Position numbers and translations under genes: made by a program
The notes under the pieces: generated by a model
Database searches by the model: none
What the model was told of the DNA's origin: nothing
What the model saw: only the letters and a program-made list of their open reading frames with translations
Shown: positions 18,801-29,106 of the stretch, piece by piece
Position numbering within the stretch: the first letter of the stretch is position 1
How the letters are laid out: every line of letters starts with the position of its first letter
From: an uncultured virus (IMG/VR IMGVR_UViG_3300028393_000045)
Taxonomy: Duplodnaviria > Heunggongvirae > Uroviricota > Caudoviricetes
DNA length: 64,000 nt
IMG/VR virus record: IMGVR_UViG_3300028393_000045
Reading direction: 5' to 3' (one strand)

Positions 18801-21800
18801 ACAAAACTATGATATAACAAACGTAACACTAGGACAACTCAGAGGGCATTGGAATGCTATTGGAAAAAATACTATTGGATTAATTGGAAATCCTATTTCA
18901 TCAAATAATCTACGTGATCTGAATACTAATGCACAAAATGGTTTAATTCTACAACACTCGGCGCCTACAATTTATGCATCGTTGTTTTTAATTGATCCGC
19001 ATCTTAATTTTATTAATAGTATTGAATTTGCACGTAGTGATTATTCAAAATTTAAAAATAAGTTTTTAGAACTATGTGTAAACACACCGGGGCTTCCCCG
19101 TAATAATACACCAGCTGGTGTTGATATGATATTAAAAATTATCAACGGTGTAAAAAATCAAACATTTCCGTGGCATTATTCAGATATGATTCCATGGGGC
19201 GATGATGTTGTATTAGATACATATAAAATAATTAATGCACAGACTAGACTGTATACACTGAATAATATATATCTATCGCCAATTGGCGATAAAATGTATC
19301 CAAAAAATGGTCCATCAAATTGTGCTGTTCTTGTTTATCTTAATAATAGATTATTAGTCATTGATGTTGAATACACCATTACTAATGGTAATCCTTATAT
19401 TACTATTAGTGATAGTGTGTTATTGTACGAGGGTGATTTACTTACAATAAAAGGTTACAAAAATACTGACGGTAGTTATGTGCCCGAAACACCTACTAAA
19501 ATGGGAATGTATCCTAAATTTGTTCCAAGTATATTTGTAGATACAGCATTCAGAACACCTATAAATGTAATACAAGGACATGACGGAAGTAGACTTCCAG
19601 TTTTTAATGATTTGCGGGACGACTATCTACTAGAACTTGAAAAAAGAATATTTAATAACATTAAAGTAGAATACAATGCTGAATTATTTGATGTATTTAC
19701 ATTTGTACCCGGCAAGTTTAGAAATAATGACTATACCAGGCTTGAATTTAATGAAGTATTAAATTCTGATTTTTTAAAATGGATAGGAACTAATCAACTA
19801 GACATTGGCAGCAATGAATATTTCTTATCCAATAACGAATTCAGCTGGAATTATAATCAAGCATCTGATTCTATTAATGATGAATTGTTGCCAGGTTATT
19901 GGAAAGGAATTTATCAATATTTCTATGATACGTGTCGCCCGCACACACACCCATGGGAAATGTTAGGACTACAAAATAAACCAGTCTGGTGGGAACCTAC
20001 ATATGGCGCCGCCCCCTATACACCTTCCAAAACTCAAATGTGGACCGATTTGGCATATGGATTTAATCGCGGCGATCGTACCACTAATACACAATATGCA
20101 AGGCCTGGATTATTGAAAATTATTCCAGTTAATGATGCCGGGGAATTATTACCTCCGGTGTCTAAATTAGTAAAGAAATATAATGGGACTACATTTAATC
20201 AAAGTTATGCAATAGGAGATCAAGGGCCAGTTGAGTCGGCCTGGAGAAATACCAGCGAATATGTATTTTCATTACATCGTGCAATAGCGTTATTAAAACC
20301 TGCTAAGTATTTTGGATTATTTTTTAATACCTCTTCGTATATCAACGATCCGGTAATAAATCAGTATGTTTTAAAAAATAATAAAAAGAGAATAACTCCA
20401 GAGTCGTTGCTAATTAACGGAGAAGTAGTGTCAGGTGCAATAACCAGATCGTCAAGTTACGTAAATTGGATACATGGTTATCTGACTAATTTAGGAATTA
20501 ATGCTGCACAAAAAATAAGAACTACAATTAGTAATCTGGATATTAGACTAGGATATAGGATGTCTGGTTATAGTGATAAATCTTATTTCACTGCTCTGGT
20601 AGAACAGTATAGTCCTAACAGTGTAAATCAATCTGCTATTATTCCATCTGAAAATTACATTGTTCATTTAAATAAAAGCTCGCCTATACGTAGTGCAACC
20701 TACAGTGGGGTTATTATTTCTAAAACTACAGGCGGTTATGTTATCAATGGATATAATTTAAAATATCCTTATTTTACAGTTATACCTAGTTTAATAAATG
20801 GCAATTTTTATAGAATTGAAGCAGTAACAGCAACTGCAATTATATATAAAGATTACATTGATCAAAAAATAAATGTACCGTATGGATTTGAATTTGGTTC
20901 ATCGCAAGAGTTAGTTGACTTTTTAGTTGGCTACGAACGATTTTTAATGTCCCAGGGTTTTATATTTGAAGCATATGATTCAGATCTTGGTGAAGTAAAA
21001 AATTGGATACTAAGTGCAAAAGAATTTTTAGGTTGGACTTTGCAAGGGTGGAACGAAGGTAATATATTAGTATTAAGCCCAGTTCATTACACACTACAAT
21101 TGTTTTCAACTGATTCAGTTGTGGATACAGTCATTGGGCAAACTTCTAATACTCAAGTATTGGGACCAAATTTTAATGTTATCAAAGCCGACGAAATTGC
21201 AGTATTAAAAGAACCGGGACGTACAACTGTTACTGTAATTTCTGGACAAACTATTGCATTTATAGAATTGCAGTTGGTTCAATATGAACATGTATTAGTA
21301 TTTGACAACACAACTGTGTTTGCTGATGTTATATATAAACCAGAATTGGGCAGTCGACAGTATAGATTAAAACTAATTGGATCTAAAACCACTGGGTGGG
21401 ACGGATCATTAAACATACCTGGATTTATTTACAACACAGGATATATTGAACAATGGACCCCTGGCAGAGATTACAAAAAAGCAGATATTATTCAATATAA
21501 AAAACAAAACTATACAGCTATAGCAGATATATCTGGGACAGATACATTTAAACATGATCTATGGAGTATAACTGATCGTAAAATTGTAGCAAAATTAGTA
21601 CCAAACTTTTCTCAAAATGCGTCTAAGTTTAATACGGTGTATAGCTTGGATACTCCAAATATAGATAGTTACTTTTCAGGATTCAGTAATGGGTTAACAG
21701 GATATAGGAATAGATCGTATCTTGAAGATTTAGGAATGGATCAAATTGCTCAAACTAAATTTTATCAAGGCTATATAAAAGAAAAAGGCACATTTAGTTC

Positions 21801-24800
21801 AATATCGGCACTATTTAAAGCTCGTCTTGATAATACAATAAACAATGTAGAAATATTTGAGGAATGGGGTCTAAGAGTAGGCGAGTATGGAGCAACTAAA
21901 ACAAATCAATCAATTGATTTAATCTTAGATGAAAAGAAGTTTCAAGATGATCCAATAGTATTTTCAGTCATTAACGGAATAGAAATTCCACCTCCGAATG
22001 TAAAATTCTTTCGACCTAATACTTTATTAAGCAAAAGTATAGATTTTAAATCGCCGTTGTTTTCGCATCGTCCAATGAATGAATACTTTGAGACAGATAT
22101 AAAAACAGCAGGATATGTCAATATCAATGAGGTTGATAGCTTATTATTTGATTTTAATAATTATAAAAACTTAAATTTAACAATATTGGCTGATCTAGTA
22201 AATGGATATAAACTTTGGGTAGCTAAGGATTTTAATAAAGATTGGCAAGTTTATAAAGTAGTAGAAGTAGACAATCAAGTACTTGGTATTAGTTACGGCC
22301 TTGACAACAAAGTTATTATTACTACTAAGTATGATCACGGCTTACAAATTGCCGATATAATAGCTATCAGAGATTTGAATTCTCTATACGACGGTTTTTA
22401 TCAAGTATTAAATGTTGAAGCACCGAATACTTTTATTTGTATAATATCTACAAGTTTAATATCATCAATACAAACTGTTCCAGTTTATGGAACCGGCACT
22501 TTATTTTTATTACAGAAATCAAGATATAAAACAACAGAACTCAGAGAGTCTAATGTCACTAAAAGTATTTGGCAAGCTGGAGATTTAGTCTGGGTGGATG
22601 AAAACAATGGTCCAAATTGGGCTACATACAAATTTGTAAGTAGCGATCCTGGAAATTTTGGTGGACTGCACAATTTCTGGGGAATAGACAGCGGCTCAAT
22701 AATATTCAGATCGTCTGGATTACCATATCACGAATTTGGAAATATACAGTTTGATGTAACCGCAGTTAAACAAAATTATAATCGTATTTGGCCTCTTTAT
22801 GCTGGAAAAAATATACCTGCTACTGTAGCAAGTCCGATTGGCAGCGGAATAATTGGATTTTGTTTAAATGGAGTTCCAATTTATAGTAGTATTGCTGCCG
22901 ATTTTACAGCACCTGCTGATTATAGTACCCCTGGGGGATTTAATTATAACTTATCGTTCTCAGATTACAATTTCTTTAAGATAGATAATGCCGGAGGTAC
23001 TACAACATTTAGCGGCGAATACTTTTATAGAAGTTTTACTTTTGGACAGGCCTGGAATACCGGTATTGGTGGTAGTGATACTAGAGTAAATGTAGAATAT
23101 AAGTCGGAAATTTTATCTATTGCATATTTAGGCGGTGGTTTGGCTCATGCCAATGGCCATAGTAAAATATTAGGATTTGCAATCGACGGCTATCCAATTT
23201 ATGGGCCGTATGGTTATTCAAATCCAAATAATATTCGTACACCAATTATAAGGATGACCAGCGGTTATGCACTTAGAAATCCTTCGTACAGAGCACCAAC
23301 TGAAGCATGCGATTTAAATGTATATCCAATGGGTATGTTTGCACAAGATTACGAATTTACTCAAGACGGGACACTAGACAAACATAACGGTAGATATTGT
23401 ATTACTCCTGACTACCCTAACGGTACCTATGCATATTTTGCTACTGTTAATAACTCCGGGCCTACATATCCATATTTTATCGGACCTACTTTTTACGGAA
23501 CTGTTTCGTCAGTGAGCAATTCTCTTATACCGGGACCCGGCATTAAACCTCGGGTATTTGACGACCAGGTTAACGCAGTTTGGGAATTATATAAAAATCA
23601 GGAACCGTCGGTTGATTTTAACAGTATGCGTGGTATGCATCTAATAGATAATGTTAATAAGAATATACTTGTTAAGTTAGATATAATTGATCCAGCTAAA
23701 GGAAGAATACTTGGGTCGGCACAAGCTGATATTGATTTTACTACTTCGTTTGATCCTGCATTTTATAACAATGGTACAAATGATGCATTGACAATTGATA
23801 GTGAATTCAATTGGGGTGAACAACAAATAGGATTAGTCTGGTGGGATTTGGAAGCTGTCAGATATTACGACTACGAACAAAGTACTATTGAATATAGAGC
23901 AAACAATTGGGGAAAAGTGTTTCCTGGAAGTAATATTTTTATATACGAATGGGTGTCAAGCGACGTATTACCGTCAATGTATGTTGCTGCTGGATTAGAT
24001 GGTATTCCAAAATATGCAGACGACTCGGGGTATTCTACATTATATTATGTCGACGACATCACAATGACAGTTAAGACCAAATATTATTATTGGGTCAGAG
24101 CTAAGAATAGTGTAGGGAAAACATCTAAATCGCATAGCGTGTCTGGATTAGAGCAAATGGTTGCGGATCCTGGAAAACAAGATATACCATATGCAGCATT
24201 GATTGATAATAAAACTGTTGCATTATATAATATTGGAAAATATCTATTAGAAGATAGAGTAGCATTGCACATTGAATATTCATTAGCTAAAAATGAAAAT
24301 ATTGTACATAGTGAATTTGAATTATTTCAACAAGGTAACAAGAATGCAATAATGCATCCCCGAATTGAGAAAAAAATAATTGATAGTTTAGTTGGGGTAG
24401 ATGAAAATAAAAATTTAGTACCTGACCCTAGTTTATTACCTGCCGATCGCCTTGGGGTCTCGGATCGCCCAAGACAATCAATAATAGCTGATAGATTAGT
24501 AGCGCTCGACAATATAATTGGATTTATTAATCAAATTATATTAAAATATCCAGTTGCAACACGCATATTCGATAAAGAAACAGTATACTCTGATAATTTC
24601 TATGCAGCAGAGCCGTATCCTGCCAAATCCGAATATGATTTAATAGTTGACACATTTATACAGTTAGATTATCTATTTGAAATATATCCAACTGATTTAG
24701 TAGTAGGTACAGAATATATTATTGCACAAGCTGGTAATACTAATTTTGTTGAGTTAGGTGCAAGTGCAAATCAAATTGGCGTGAGGTTTAAAGCAACAGG

Positions 24801-27003
24801 CACCGGGGTTGGGCTTGGTACAGTATTCCATAGTCGTATATTGGTTGCCAAAGATATCAATAACGGAAATAGATGGGCAATTTATTATAAACGTGTAGGT
24901 ATTAATCCTTTGCCATTATTGTTAAAAATTCAATCTTATAACACAACTAATTTTTGGAATTTTATAGATTGGTATGCAAAAGGGCACGATAAGAATACAC
25001 TAGTAGTTACTAAAAGTTTTGACAATTATAACTTAACATACACAGATACCTTTGACATAGGAGATATTGTTAAAATTAATGATAACGGAAAAGGTAAATT
25101 TTCAATCTATAGATATAATGAAAATAGTACCCTTGAGTTAATAGCCATAGAGTCGGGTACAATTGAGATATCTTCTGAATTCTGGAATAAATCTGGATTT
25201 GATCACGAAGGAATGGATTTCTTATCATTTGATTATAGTTACTTTGAAGAACTACGATACATATTTAAAGGTATTAAAGAAGATATTTTTGTAAAAGATT
25301 TAGAAATTTATTACAATCAATTTTTATTCTATGTAATTGAATATGTACTGTCGGAACAGAAATATGTAGACTGGATTTTTAAAACTAGTTTTATAACAGT
25401 TGCACACGAATTGCAAGGGTTAGTGCAATTGCCTTCGTATGTTAAAGATAGACAGACTCTGTACGAACAATATATCAATGAAGTCAAACCTTATAGAACA
25501 AAAATTAGAGAATACATACTAAAATATTCCAATTTGGAAACGTTAGATACCAACACAGTAACTGATTTTGACCTACCATCATATTATGATTTTGATTTAG
25601 GAAAATTCCGTAGCCCCAATGGAGAATTTCCAGGCAAAGACCAAGTATTATTAGCAACAAAACCAGAGTATCAAGATTGGAAAAACCACCATGGATATTC
25701 AATTGGGTCAATTGAAATAGCAAACGCAGGAATTGGTTATATTAGTAATGGACAAGTCGTAACACCCGACATATCTATAGTTCCTACCGATGAAACAGGA
25801 TATGGTGCCAATGCTACCGCAGTAATAGACGAAAGAATTGCTGGTGCAATATCGTCTGTGAACATTAAGACACCCGGAGATTTTTATACTACTACACCAC
25901 TAATAGTTGTTAGCGGAGTGGGAGCAACTCAAATGAGTCGATACCAAGCCGGACATCCAAAATCAGCTCTACTATCTCCGAGATTGTTGAATAAGAAAAT
26001 AAGAAAAATTAATACGGTAATGAAATTTGACAGAGTTACGTACGACACTCAAGTTCAAGAATGGGCCCCGAATACTAACTATGATAATGGTGTATATGTA
26101 ACGTACCAAGGGAAATGTTATATAACCAACTCAAATATTGGAACATTGAGCAAATTTGATAAAACTCAATTTGTTAGCGTAACGTCAAATGTATTCGACA
26201 ATGCAAACGATCGAATAACTGCATTTTACAATCCCACTGCCTCAATGATACCAAAAACATTATCCAGACTAATGACTGGCTTGGATAGACCTATACTGTC
26301 CGGAGAACAGAATGTAATAATTGATACAGCAATACAAGGTGGCGGGTTTACTGGAACTTCTATAGCAGCAGGAAGATTTGTATTAGGTAAAGACTATATT
26401 ATTATTAATATAGGTAATACAGATTTTACACTATGCGGAGCCTCGTCTAACAAAGTAGGACTGAAATTTACAGCAACCGATGTTGGGATTGGGACCGGAT
26501 CGGCAACAATTGCGTTGTCTACATCTGGGTACGGAACAGCATCTGGAATTGAGCCAGGAACAATTACATTAACAGGTGGTGCATTTGTTTATGAAACATT
26601 CAGCCATGCCCCAGAGGAATTATTACCTGGTATAACATTTGATGCTGTCAGCATCCGTGTCGTTGACGATAATGGAGTTGGATATAGAAAATTTGTAAAC
26701 ATGAATCAAATAAAAACTGTTTCAAATACAGCACCGCAAAGTTTAACTACGCTCTCACAAGATTTGTTAATTACAGATCAAACCATAACAGTGTCAGATT
26801 CTAGCAAACTTTATACACCTAGTAGACTTTCAATTTCGCCCGGTTTAATATTTGTAAATGGTGAGCTAATTGAGTATTACACTAAAACTAACAATGTACT
26901 TGGTCAGTTACGCAGAGGTGTAGGCGGAACTGGGACTCCGATGGTACATCTATTAGGTAGTACTGTTGAAAATTCCAATCTCCCCGGAGCACTGAGACTA
27001 TAA
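15898..27003 (+). CDS. Giant 3701-aa virion/baseplate structural protein with an inserted YHYH-like domain
   Basis: Follows gp6; uninterrupted ORF; YINEVKPYRTK near the C-terminus; YHYH-type motifs at ~22.7-23.5 kb. Confidence 0.7.
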   Translation: MATRKTLNLLPSIFQTETNKKFLGATLDQLVSEPDISKFNGFIGRKFSPVNKPSDNFINEPTVSRENYQFEPAVVIKNTSNGIDLYADYQDLLEKVANHGGITENHNRLFESEYYSFNPRINFDKFINYTRYFWLPTGTDPVTVSAGTPGNDRTFVITRNDPGGYATINQDSTPNSTITLVRGAVYKFNVNQPGAKFWIQTEVGIDGFKDFNQTISTRDIIGIENNGAESGTITFTVPDKDSQDYYFKMPSLGFIDYAISEPFSAIDGQFWVNGNNAMDQIEGSTRYPQGYYVVFTSTSTNPDNWIDYTGNPVPIDKRHGLWKITINQNSKIQMEFVRTIPLGYKIRINYGANAGKEFFKNSGDNLVLSPPITAPLSTLFYQDENNESIVGKINIVDFPGNAINVNSDILGKVTYTSPNGVVFTNGLTVVFDNTVFPNSYRNSKYIIEGVGKSIKLIDIILLESVESVDTKSSVPFDQEPFDTLGLDQPIANSVAIPDYIVMNKSTTDLNAWARGNRWFHEDIIAKAAEYNKTTVKIDPTKRANRPIIEFEEDLQLFNSGKNFLAIIDRADTNFVGTGEKILNAYTDVNDKYVNDASIRRLNYIENQVAIFPNDISSNVRNALFRIEFKNQTTATSFNGVGTGYVNIRQGSNRVYEKILDGNRTTFRDQYIPGTLLYAVDNTYIGKIKSIFSNNEMILESPALVTRNEVVVKFNYPKITLRKIKTAVNNDSVVVRTGLNQKNTFWLNSGVWAYAQYKKDVNTPIKFDVVDKDGISLSSPSKYTESKFAGTTVFSYDIGSSISDPILGIKLRYTGIGNSISDINFVNSFETDTFTYKPYDYKTLNISSIGYLSKRTGRNTYSLLTVWQSISEPTKQYQHIADLSDGTTNYFEIDILPGDIVNQPNIKVFVNNVLIKNEDFVIETVGIRHAVNILTTVLDGDKIDILIYNKKSISDLGYYQIPSNLEFNAQNYDITNVTLGQLRGHWNAIGKNTIGLIGNPISSNNLRDLNTNAQNGLILQHSAPTIYASLFLIDPHLNFINSIEFARSDYSKFKNKFLELCVNTPGLPRNNTPAGVDMILKIINGVKNQTFPWHYSDMIPWGDDVVLDTYKIINAQTRLYTLNNIYLSPIGDKMYPKNGPSNCAVLVYLNNRLLVIDVEYTITNGNPYITISDSVLLYEGDLLTIKGYKNTDGSYVPETPTKMGMYPKFVPSIFVDTAFRTPINVIQGHDGSRLPVFNDLRDDYLLELEKRIFNNIKVEYNAELFDVFTFVPGKFRNNDYTRLEFNEVLNSDFLKWIGTNQLDIGSNEYFLSNNEFSWNYNQASDSINDELLPGYWKGIYQYFYDTCRPHTHPWEMLGLQNKPVWWEPTYGAAPYTPSKTQMWTDLAYGFNRGDRTTNTQYARPGLLKIIPVNDAGELLPPVSKLVKKYNGTTFNQSYAIGDQGPVESAWRNTSEYVFSLHRAIALLKPAKYFGLFFNTSSYINDPVINQYVLKNNKKRITPESLLINGEVVSGAITRSSSYVNWIHGYLTNLGINAAQKIRTTISNLDIRLGYRMSGYSDKSYFTALVEQYSPNSVNQSAIIPSENYIVHLNKSSPIRSATYSGVIISKTTGGYVINGYNLKYPYFTVIPSLINGNFYRIEAVTATAIIYKDYIDQKINVPYGFEFGSSQELVDFLVGYERFLMSQGFIFEAYDSDLGEVKNWILSAKEFLGWTLQGWNEGNILVLSPVHYTLQLFSTDSVVDTVIGQTSNTQVLGPNFNVIKADEIAVLKEPGRTTVTVISGQTIAFIELQLVQYEHVLVFDNTTVFADVIYKPELGSRQYRLKLIGSKTTGWDGSLNIPGFIYNTGYIEQWTPGRDYKKADIIQYKKQNYTAIADISGTDTFKHDLWSITDRKIVAKLVPNFSQNASKFNTVYSLDTPNIDSYFSGFSNGLTGYRNRSYLEDLGMDQIAQTKFYQGYIKEKGTFSSISALFKARLDNTINNVEIFEEWGLRVGEYGATKTNQSIDLILDEKKFQDDPIVFSVINGIEIPPPNVKFFRPNTLLSKSIDFKSPLFSHRPMNEYFETDIKTAGYVNINEVDSLLFDFNNYKNLNLTILADLVNGYKLWVAKDFNKDWQVYKVVEVDNQVLGISYGLDNKVIITTKYDHGLQIADIIAIRDLNSLYDGFYQVLNVEAPNTFICIISTSLISSIQTVPVYGTGTLFLLQKSRYKTTELRESNVTKSIWQAGDLVWVDENNGPNWATYKFVSSDPGNFGGLHNFWGIDSGSIIFRSSGLPYHEFGNIQFDVTAVKQNYNRIWPLYAGKNIPATVASPIGSGIIGFCLNGVPIYSSIAADFTAPADYSTPGGFNYNLSFSDYNFFKIDNAGGTTTFSGEYFYRSFTFGQAWNTGIGGSDTRVNVEYKSEILSIAYLGGGLAHANGHSKILGFAIDGYPIYGPYGYSNPNNIRTPIIRMTSGYALRNPSYRAPTEACDLNVYPMGMFAQDYEFTQDGTLDKHNGRYCITPDYPNGTYAYFATVNNSGPTYPYFIGPTFYGTVSSVSNSLIPGPGIKPRVFDDQVNAVWELYKNQEPSVDFNSMRGMHLIDNVNKNILVKLDIIDPAKGRILGSAQADIDFTTSFDPAFYNNGTNDALTIDSEFNWGEQQIGLVWWDLEAVRYYDYEQSTIEYRANNWGKVFPGSNIFIYEWVSSDVLPSMYVAAGLDGIPKYADDSGYSTLYYVDDITMTVKTKYYYWVRAKNSVGKTSKSHSVSGLEQMVADPGKQDIPYAALIDNKTVALYNIGKYLLEDRVALHIEYSLAKNENIVHSEFELFQQGNKNAIMHPRIEKKIIDSLVGVDENKNLVPDPSLLPADRLGVSDRPRQSIIADRLVALDNIIGFINQIILKYPVATRIFDKETVYSDNFYAAEPYPAKSEYDLIVDTFIQLDYLFEIYPTDLVVGTEYIIAQAGNTNFVELGASANQIGVRFKATGTGVGLGTVFHSRILVAKDINNGNRWAIYYKRVGINPLPLLLKIQSYNTTNFWNFIDWYAKGHDKNTLVVTKSFDNYNLTYTDTFDIGDIVKINDNGKGKFSIYRYNENSTLELIAIESGTIEISSEFWNKSGFDHEGMDFLSFDYSYFEELRYIFKGIKEDIFVKDLEIYYNQFLFYVIEYVLSEQKYVDWIFKTSFITVAHELQGLVQLPSYVKDRQTLYEQYINEVKPYRTKIREYILKYSNLETLDTNTVTDFDLPSYYDFDLGKFRSPNGEFPGKDQVLLATKPEYQDWKNHHGYSIGSIEIANAGIGYISNGQVVTPDISIVPTDETGYGANATAVIDERIAGAISSVNIKTPGDFYTTTPLIVVSGVGATQMSRYQAGHPKSALLSPRLLNKKIRKINTVMKFDRVTYDTQVQEWAPNTNYDNGVYVTYQGKCYITNSNIGTLSKFDKTQFVSVTSNVFDNANDRITAFYNPTASMIPKTLSRLMTGLDRPILSGEQNVIIDTAIQGGGFTGTSIAAGRFVLGKDYIIINIGNTDFTLCGASSNKVGLKFTATDVGIGTGSATIALSTSGYGTASGIEPGTITLTGGAFVYETFSHAPEELLPGITFDAVSIRVVDDNGVGYRKFVNMNQIKTVSNTAPQSLTTLSQDLLITDQTITVSDSSKLYTPSRLSISPGLIFVNGELIEYYTKTNNVLGQLRRGVGGTGTPMVHLLGSTVENSNLPGALRL

Positions 27004-27021
27004 TAAACCTGGAAAAATAAG

Positions 27022-27177
27022 ATGATAAATAATGATAATATTCAGTTAGATCAAGATTCTTTAAAGGAATCCGAAAAAGTAGAAAAACCAGACGAAGAGC
27101 CTGGTATATCTGTGCAAGGGTTTTTAAAAATATTTGATCCAGAGTCTGGAGAAGTTTTAGCCCACGGTAGAGCTTAA
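27022..27177 (+). CDS. 51-aa protein (not in the ORF track) resembling the N-terminus of the next gene
   Basis: MINNDNIQLDQDSLKESEKVEKPDEEPGISVQGFLKIFDPESGEVLAHGRA*. Confidence 0.6.
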   Translation: MINNDNIQLDQDSLKESEKVEKPDEEPGISVQGFLKIFDPESGEVLAHGRA

Positions 27178-27192
27178 TAAATTTAAAGGATA

Positions 27193-27822
27193 ATGATGCA
27201 ATCACACGAAACAATACAACCAGGAATACAAGGTTTTATTAAAATATCCGATGTTTCGGATAGTTCCCGCCCTGTTATTTTAGTTGAAAAGAAAAATGCA
27301 ATACATTATGAAAATATCAGTGAAGCATTAGCAATGGGATTAGCCAATAAATCAAGTAATTTTATATATGAAATGCATTTTGGAAATGGTGGTACTACAG
27401 TAGACCAGACTGGTATCATAAACTATTTGCCACCAAATGTTAATACACAAAATTCTAACTTATATAATCCTACCTTTTTTAAAACTGTAGATGATACAAA
27501 TGAAACAAATACAGACCCTATTAGGAATAAACTTGAAGTTCGTCATGTTCCGGGTACTGTATATTCTGACATTTTAGTAACTTGTCTTTTGGATTACGGC
27601 GAGCCAGCTGGGCAATTGGCATTTGATAATAGTCCTTACAGTGAAGATACCTTTGTGTTTGATGAATTGGGACTTAAAGGATGGAGCGCAACTGGCGCTG
27701 GCTTGGGAAAATTACTAACACATGTTATTTTCCACCCGGTTCAGAAAAGTTTAAATCGATTAATTCAAATTGAATATACAGTAAGAATACAATCCCTAAC
27801 TAATTTAACAGGATTAGCATAA
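27193..27822 (+). CDS. Virion structural protein (baseplate-associated)
   Basis: KKNAIHYEN, FGNGG, FDELGL, HPVQKSLNR; SD AAGGA; operon position. Confidence 0.6.
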   Translation: MMQSHETIQPGIQGFIKISDVSDSSRPVILVEKKNAIHYENISEALAMGLANKSSNFIYEMHFGNGGTTVDQTGIINYLPPNVNTQNSNLYNPTFFKTVDDTNETNTDPIRNKLEVRHVPGTVYSDILVTCLLDYGEPAGQLAFDNSPYSEDTFVFDELGLKGWSATGAGLGKLLTHVIFHPVQKSLNRLIQIEYTVRIQSLTNLTGLA

Positions 27823-27873
27823 TGACATATCTAAATAAATGGGTAAATACTAGTAACTTGGAGTTAAAGTTCT

Positions 27874-29085
27874 ATGGCATATAATATATACAAATCAAAT
27901 GGCGATTTGTTATCCATCGTCGATGACGGCTTTGCCGATATAAATTCTGCTAGTGTTGCATTAATAGGAAAAAATTTCCCAGGATATGGCCAATACTTTA
28001 ATGAAAATTTTGTTCACTTAACAGAAAATTTTGCTAGTGATAATGCACCCGATAATCAGCTAACCGGACAACTCTGGTATCAAACTAGTACTAGTCAATT
28101 GAAAATATGGAACTCGACTGAATGGGTATCTGCAGGCAAGCCAACTATTATCAATGACAATGCCAGTGCTAATAGACATTTTGTAACGTTTGTTGATAGT
28201 TTTGGCGGCACACCAGATTTTAAAGTTGCAGCAAACAAAGGTATAACTTTTATACCTAGTTCTGGATTCTTTGGTCTTGGTGCAGAAAACCCAGACTCTA
28301 AATTAACAATTAGTACTAACATAGGTGCTGCCCTTGCAAATCCTGCACCAAATTTAAATACCGCAGTGCATATATTGGGTGACAATGGAAAAAGTCAAAC
28401 TCTGTTAACAGAAAGTTATGGCGGCAATGGTCCAACTTATAACGCTAATAATGCTCCTATTATAGCATTACGTAGAAATAACGGAACAGGAGCTGGCAGG
28501 GAAGCAGTCAAAGTATCTGATATACTTGGTGTAATAGCAGGACAAGGCTACAACGGAACTTCTGCTACTACAACCAGAATTGGTATCAATTTTGAAGCAA
28601 CTGAAAACTGGAGTCCAACTTCTACGCCTACCAGGATGGTGTTCTATACAACACCAACGGGCACTATAACAACAGCAAACGCAATAGGAATATTGAGCAA
28701 CCAAACATTAGAGTGTTATGGCAATGTATCCATGCAAAAAAATCTGACTACCACTGGGTTTATCAGAGCCGGCGGCGACGTAACAGCATATTATACATCC
28801 GATGAACGACTTAAGACAAATGTTTTACCCATAAGCGATGCATTAGATAAAGTTGCATCATTGAATGGCATTACATTTAATTGGAATGATTTGGCAACAG
28901 ACAAAGACCTGACTGTCAGGGAAGCTGGGCTTTTTGCGCAAGATTTATTAAAAGTTTTACCCGAATCCGTTACAGTCAGGGATAATGGATATTTAGCAGT
29001 TCAATATGAAAAAGTAATTCCGTTGTTGGTTGAAGCTATTAAAGAACTTGTAGCAGAAATAAATGCTCTTAAAAAAACTGTTTAA
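27874..29085 (+). CDS. Tail fibre protein with a C-terminal peptidase S74 intramolecular chaperone
   Basis: SDERLK...GLFAQD...PE.V...V.Y....LLVEAIKEL coiled coil. Confidence 0.85.
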   Translation: MAYNIYKSNGDLLSIVDDGFADINSASVALIGKNFPGYGQYFNENFVHLTENFASDNAPDNQLTGQLWYQTSTSQLKIWNSTEWVSAGKPTIINDNASANRHFVTFVDSFGGTPDFKVAANKGITFIPSSGFFGLGAENPDSKLTISTNIGAALANPAPNLNTAVHILGDNGKSQTLLTESYGGNGPTYNANNAPIIALRRNNGTGAGREAVKVSDILGVIAGQGYNGTSATTTRIGINFEATENWSPTSTPTRMVFYTTPTGTITTANAIGILSNQTLECYGNVSMQKNLTTTGFIRAGGDVTAYYTSDERLKTNVLPISDALDKVASLNGITFNWNDLATDKDLTVREAGLFAQDLLKVLPESVTVRDNGYLAVQYEKVIPLLVEAIKELVAEINALKKTV

Positions 29086-29106
29086 AATTAAAATTGGAAT
29101 ACTAGA

